From Candidatus Doudnabacteria bacterium (GTDB lineage Bacteria; Patescibacteriota; Doudnabacteria; UBA920): DNA of 64,000 bases. Where the stretch lies: the NCBI GenBank assembly GCA_038230955.1, contig JBBRMG010000001.1:18312-82311 (forward strand), given 5' to 3'. Shown in pieces: positions 59,813 to 64,000 of the stretch; within the stretch, counting starts at the first letter, position 1; every line of letters starts with the position of its first letter. Both the position numbers and the translations under genes were made by a program. Under the pieces are notes generated by a model. It was not told the DNA's origin and did not search any database. It saw only the letters and a list, made by a program, of their open reading frames with translations.

Positions 59813-60805
59813 ATGATCCAATCAGAAACCAAAACCAAAGTCCGAGCTAACTCCCCTTTAAATGACTACATCACCGATTTCTTAGAATACTGTGAAATTG
59901 AGCGGAACCGGAGCCAGCTAACTATTCAAGCTTATGACCATTACTTACGACGGTTTGCAGAGTTTGCCCGCGAGCAAGGAATTAATACCCCAGAAAATAT
60001 TACGCTCGATACTATTCGGGCCTTTCGGCTGTATTTAAATCGTCTCCCCGCCAGAGATGGACGAAATTTGAAATTAGTCACTCAGCAATACCACATTATT
60101 GCGATCCGGGCATTTCTGAAATATTTAATTAAGCGTGACGTAAAAACTTTTGCTCCAGAAAAAATTGAGTTAGCTAAAAACCCGTCGCGTGAAGTCAGTG
60201 TGCTGACCAACGACGAGATTAAACGATTGCTCCAAGCAATTGCACAGGAGCCCTCAGAAATGCTCCAACTACGAGACCGGGCTATTCTGATAACTTTGTT
60301 TTCCAGCGGTCTGCGTATTTCTGAATTAGTCAGCTTAAAAAAGGATGGGCTGAACTTAAAGCTCGGTGAATTTACTGTTCGCGGTAAAGGTGACAAATTG
60401 CGCTTGTCTTTTTTGTCTCCCGATGCCATAGTCGCCATCAATGCGTATTTAAAAAAACGGGTTGATAATCATCCGTCATTATTCATAAGCCATAGTAAAG
60501 TTGGCGAATCTGTCACTAAACAAATGGAGGCGCAGGGCTCTAAGGGTAAAGTGATCGGGCTAACACCGCGGAGCATTCAGAGACTCGTAAAAAAATACTG
60601 TAAGATAGCGGGTATTATGCACCAAGTTAGCCCTCATACTTTCAGGCATTCCTTCGCCACAGACTTACTCCAAAATGGCGCCGACATTCGCAGCGTGCAA
60701 TCCCTACTCGGCCACGCCTCTATTACCACTACGCAGATATACACTCACATAACTAATCAGGGTCTCAGGGATATACATAAAAAATTCCATAGCGCTGCGG
60801 AGTAG
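59813..60805 (+). CDS. XerC/XerD-family tyrosine recombinase
   Basis: SGLRISEL, GKGDK, HTFRHSFATDLL, LGHASITTTQIYTH. Confidence 0.93.
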   Translation: MIQSETKTKVRANSPLNDYITDFLEYCEIERNRSQLTIQAYDHYLRRFAEFAREQGINTPENITLDTIRAFRLYLNRLPARDGRNLKLVTQQYHIIAIRAFLKYLIKRDVKTFAPEKIELAKNPSREVSVLTNDEIKRLLQAIAQEPSEMLQLRDRAILITLFSSGLRISELVSLKKDGLNLKLGEFTVRGKGDKLRLSFLSPDAIVAINAYLKKRVDNHPSLFISHSKVGESVTKQMEAQGSKGKVIGLTPRSIQRLVKKYCKIAGIMHQVSPHTFRHSFATDLLQNGADIRSVQSLLGHASITTTQIYTHITNQGLRDIHKKFHSAAE

Positions 60806-60817
60806 CATCAAAGAAAA

Positions 60818-60920
60818 TAAGCCTCTCATTGCAACGAAACTAGGTCGCCTAGGAGCTGCACTCACTTCCGTGAGTTGGCTCCTAACGGCTCCAATAGTTT
60901 CTCCTGCAACGAGAGGCTTA
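60818..60920 (-). repeat. dispersed structured hairpin element, copy 4 (between the xer gene and tRNA-Arg)
   Basis: Minus strand AGAAACTATTGGAGCCGT...CTAGGCGACCTAGTTTCG inside outer stem TAAGCCTCTC.TTGCA/TGCAA.GAGAGGCTTA. Confidence 0.85.
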
Positions 60921-61017
60921 CTAATTTGCGTTACTCGCAGCTCTGTGACAATAGATTTTACCTTGCTTAAAGTCCAGTCATGTGGTATAGTTTGTGAGTT
61001 ATTTCTGAAATACATAT

Positions 61018-61094
61018 GGCCCCGTAGCTCAGATGGATAGAGCGTCAGCTTGCGGAGCTGAAGGTCGCACGTTCGAATCGTGCCGGGGTCACCA
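61018..61094 (+). tRNA. tRNA-Arg(GCG)
   Basis: TCAGC-TTGCGGA-GCTGA anticodon arm, canonical D and T arms, CCA. Confidence 0.93.
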
Positions 61095-61318
61095 TCAAAA
61101 AAATTATTATGTTCACTATAAAACTTTACAACTCAATTTTACCCGTACCCACCCCGACTCAATGAGACGTGGTTAATTAAAGTTGTGCGCAAACAAATTT
61201 ACCCGTCTCATATGAGGCGGTTTTTTGTTTGTCTTCGCCCTATTAGATTCTCACGAAAATAACAGGGCGGTAGTAAATAAGGCCGGACCTTATATCTAAA
61301 TCAGAATCGGAGGATATT

Positions 61319-62128
61319 ATGAAAGAACAAAGAATTGTGATTATTGGTAGTGGTGGAAACATGGGAGAAATATTTGTTAACCGCCTTTTGGCAAGCGGAT
61401 ACCCCTCGGAACAAATCATTGGCTCAACCCGAACCAAACCAACCCAAAATCGCATGAAAGCCAACTATGGAATAGAGGTATTCCGTGACAATATAAAAGC
61501 TGTTTCCCAAGGAAACATCGTTATTCTGGCAATTAAGCCTGACGTTGTGCCAGTGGTATTGCCTACGCTACGTGATCATATTAGAAAAGACGCAATGATC
61601 ATATCAATTGCCGCAGGGAAAACTCTCGAAACCATAACCGAACTAAGTGGTTGTCCCAATGTAGTCCGCGCTATGCCCACTATTTTGGGTATAATAGGAG
61701 CCAGTCTCACGTATTGGACCAACTCAAGGGATTTACCCTCAATGCAAAAAGCTGACGCGGTAAAAATCCTGAAGACGTTGGGTAAAACGATTAACACCGT
61801 CAATGAGCAGGACATTACCAAGGCTACTATTTCTATTGCCAGCGGCATTAGTACTGTCCTCTACATTTTGGAAGCTTACGAGGATGCTTGTGTGCGTCTC
61901 GGACATCCGAGAAATGAAGCCAAAATAATCACGGAGGAAACTTTCTTGGCTACTATTTTATTTGCCAAGAAAAATACTGGTTCTCATTTGGCAGCTCTAA
62001 GGAACAGGGTGACTTCGGCTGGGGGCACTTCGGCCGAAATCCTTAGCGTGCTGGATAAAGCAGGAACTCGTGGAATTATCGGCGATGCATTAATGGCAGG
62101 TTATAATCGCGCATTAAAGCTGGGCTGA
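61319..62128 (+). CDS. proC: pyrroline-5-carboxylate reductase
   Basis: GSGGNMG, LAIKP, ISIAAG, VRAMP, VTSAGGTS. Confidence 0.9.
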   Translation: MKEQRIVIIGSGGNMGEIFVNRLLASGYPSEQIIGSTRTKPTQNRMKANYGIEVFRDNIKAVSQGNIVILAIKPDVVPVVLPTLRDHIRKDAMIISIAAGKTLETITELSGCPNVVRAMPTILGIIGASLTYWTNSRDLPSMQKADAVKILKTLGKTINTVNEQDITKATISIASGISTVLYILEAYEDACVRLGHPRNEAKIITEETFLATILFAKKNTGSHLAALRNRVTSAGGTSAEILSVLDKAGTRGIIGDALMAGYNRALKLG

Positions 62129-62202
62129 TAAATAAAAATGCCGCTAATAGAAAATGTAACTATACATACTATTAGCGGCTATTATTTTAGACCAACTGCG
62201 GG

Positions 62203-63582
62203 TTAAGCCCTTACCGATTCTGCCCGTTCATGTAGGTCAATTGGATAGACCCCTGTAAAACAGGAGGTGGAGAACATACCCTCCGGCAAACCTGTAGCCT
62301 CCATCAATCCGTTCAGGGATAGATAGTGCAACGAGGTCGTCCCAATGTAATTCCTCACCTGTTCCACCGACATGTTAGCGGCAATCAAGTGCTCCTTGTT
62401 GGGAGTATCAATACCGTAATAGTCCGGGTACATTATGGGAGGCGAGCAAACCAACATGTGGATCTCTCGTGCTCCCGCATTACGCACCAACTGAACCAAT
62501 TCCTTGGAAGTGGTACCCCTGACAATGGAGTCATCAATTAAGACCACTCGTTTGTCATTTACGATGTGCGGCAACGCCACTAGCTTCCGCTTGACCCCTA
62601 ACCTGCGAGCATTCTGATCCGGTTGAATAAATGTTCGATGAACATACCGATTCTTTATAAACCCCTCTCGCGTAGGAATACGCAGTGTCCAACCATAAGC
62701 GGCGGCGGCGTGAGTGGCGGTTAAAGGAACAGGCACGACTACATCAGCTTCAACCGGACATTCTTGCGCTAAGATACGACCGCAATTATAGCGGACATCT
62801 TCCACAACCTTCCCGTACATAACACTATCCGGTCGGGCGAAATAGACGAACTCGAAAATATCGAGCTTGGGATTACTAGGCATCACCTGAAAAGATCGAA
62901 CACCTTTCGCGTCTACAGTGACCAGTTCGCCCGGGTTAATTTCCCGCACGAATTTGGCACCGATGACATTCAAAGCACAAGTCTCAGAAGCAAATACTGT
63001 AGCACCATTAAGCGATCCCATAACTAGCGGCCGAATGCCGCATTGATCACGAAAAGCAAACAACTGGGTCTTGGTCATCGCTACCACTGAGAATGCTCCA
63101 GTAAACAATGGGTATGCATTAATAATGGCTTGTTCATAAGACATGCCAAAGTCCTTGTACCATTGTATGGCATAGGCCATCAGTTCAGAGTCTGACTGAC
63201 CGATAATATCTTGGCCTTTTTGGCGAAGAAAATCTTCCAGAGCCACCACTGACGGCAAATTACCGTTATGAGCCAACGCAAACTCCCCTTTCACCAAAAC
63301 AGGCTGGGCATGATGTAGTCCCCCTCCCTTGGAGGTAGAATAACGGTTATGACCAACAGCAATGTCACCCCTCATGCCGCGAATTACCCACTCGTTATAG
63401 ACACTCAAAACCAAACCTTCTCCTGTGAAATGGGAAATTGCTTCCCCGTCCGAAACAGCCATGCCGCTGGCCTCTTGACCGCGGTGCTGCAAACCGAGCA
63501 AACCATCGTACGTCACCTGACTTACGTTTGACCCGGGGCCATAGACACCAAATACTCCGCATTTCTCTCGTAGTTCATCCAT
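62203..63582 (-). CDS. purF: amidophosphoribosyltransferase
   Basis: EKCGVFG, LQHRGQE, GHNRYST, HNGN, DDSIVRGTT. Confidence 0.96.
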   Translation of the reverse strand: MDELREKCGVFGVYGPGSNVSQVTYDGLLGLQHRGQEASGMAVSDGEAISHFTGEGLVLSVYNEWVIRGMRGDIAVGHNRYSTSKGGGLHHAQPVLVKGEFALAHNGNLPSVVALEDFLRQKGQDIIGQSDSELMAYAIQWYKDFGMSYEQAIINAYPLFTGAFSVVAMTKTQLFAFRDQCGIRPLVMGSLNGATVFASETCALNVIGAKFVREINPGELVTVDAKGVRSFQVMPSNPKLDIFEFVYFARPDSVMYGKVVEDVRYNCGRILAQECPVEADVVVPVPLTATHAAAAYGWTLRIPTREGFIKNRYVHRTFIQPDQNARRLGVKRKLVALPHIVNDKRVVLIDDSIVRGTTSKELVQLVRNAGAREIHMLVCSPPIMYPDYYGIDTPNKEHLIAANMSVEQVRNYIGTTSLHYLSLNGLMEATGLPEGMFSTSCFTGVYPIDLHERAESVRA

Positions 63583-63776
63583 GAATTTGTCCTCCGTCAA
63601 TCTGACTACCAACTTACTACCAAAATAACAGTTCTGGATGAGAAAAGCGAATACTCTAAATTTTTGTTAATTATAAAAGGGTCAAACGACCCATAAAGAA
63701 AATTTTTCTATTGTAATAAAACATTTTCAATTTCTATCCTGTGCAAGTAATCCTGAATCAATTAAAGCAATCTTAG

Positions 63777-63851
63777 TGGTGCCCCCGCGAGGAATCGAAC
63801 CTCGAACAGCGGATTAGAAGCCCGCGGTTATATCCATTTAACTACAGGGGC
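63777..63851 (-). tRNA. tRNA-Arg(TCT)
   Basis: GCGGG-CTTCTAA-TCCGC anticodon arm, GTTCGATTC, CCA. Confidence 0.94.
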
Positions 63852-64000
63852 TTGCTTCTACCCCAATATTTTAACTGAATATAGGTTCTCCGTCTATGGC
63901 AATTTGCGCATCTCACATCACATTTTTTTATTTCACTCTTAATAGTTTTCCATGAATAATGTCCAGAAAGTAGTTTGCCCACTTCTTTAAATTTATTTCC

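Noticed and set aside
59813-61094. Tyrosine recombinase next to a tRNA as a prophage or island integrase
   Set aside because: The protein looks like housekeeping XerC/D; I saw no duplicated tRNA 3' end (att site) or phage genes.
1-64000. Alternative genetic code (UGA read as Gly, as in Gracilibacteria/Absconditabacteria)
   Set aside because: Conserved genes translate full length under code 11, and TGA ends genes such as metG and proC.
1-64000. Second DGR target (remote VR) elsewhere in the window
   Set aside because: No other ORF ends in a VR-like W...FVFR motif and I saw no further TR match by eye; a BLASTN with TR would be decisive.

Overview
64-kb chromosomal window from a Patescibacteria (CPR)-type bacterium. 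This is inferred from the missing rpmD, extended L22/L23, alpha2-type GlyRS and mostly SD-less core genes. It holds the S10-spc ribosomal cluster through secY, a fragmented str locus (rpsL-rpsG | fusA | tuf), leuS, metG, glyS, tgt, pnp, rpsO, glyA, parB, nfo, a Xer-type recombinase, proC, purF and five tRNA genes. Four accessory signals stand out. (1) A complete diversity-generating retroelement at 23.6-27.6 kb: RT, an antisense head-to-head Avd, a 132-bp TR/VR pair with 24 of 26 mismatches at adenines, and a post-VR hairpin. It diversifies an apparently cytoplasmic GNAT-like/PcfJ-like/CLec-like protein and abuts an RHH-PIN toxin-antitoxin pair. (2) A dispersed ~100-bp intergenic hairpin family (4 clear copies plus 1 divergent copy) with a conserved bulged core and sequence-unrelated but always-paired outer and apical stems. 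(3) An atypical tRNA with an Asp (GTC) anticodon but Ala acceptor identity (G3:U70, A73). It is followed by a promoter-to-terminator ~70-nt unit whose 5' end is complementary to that tRNA's anticodon arm. (4) A CarS-like/PHP/CDP-alcohol phosphatidyltransferase lipid cluster. All calls come from reading the sequence by eye; no searches were run.
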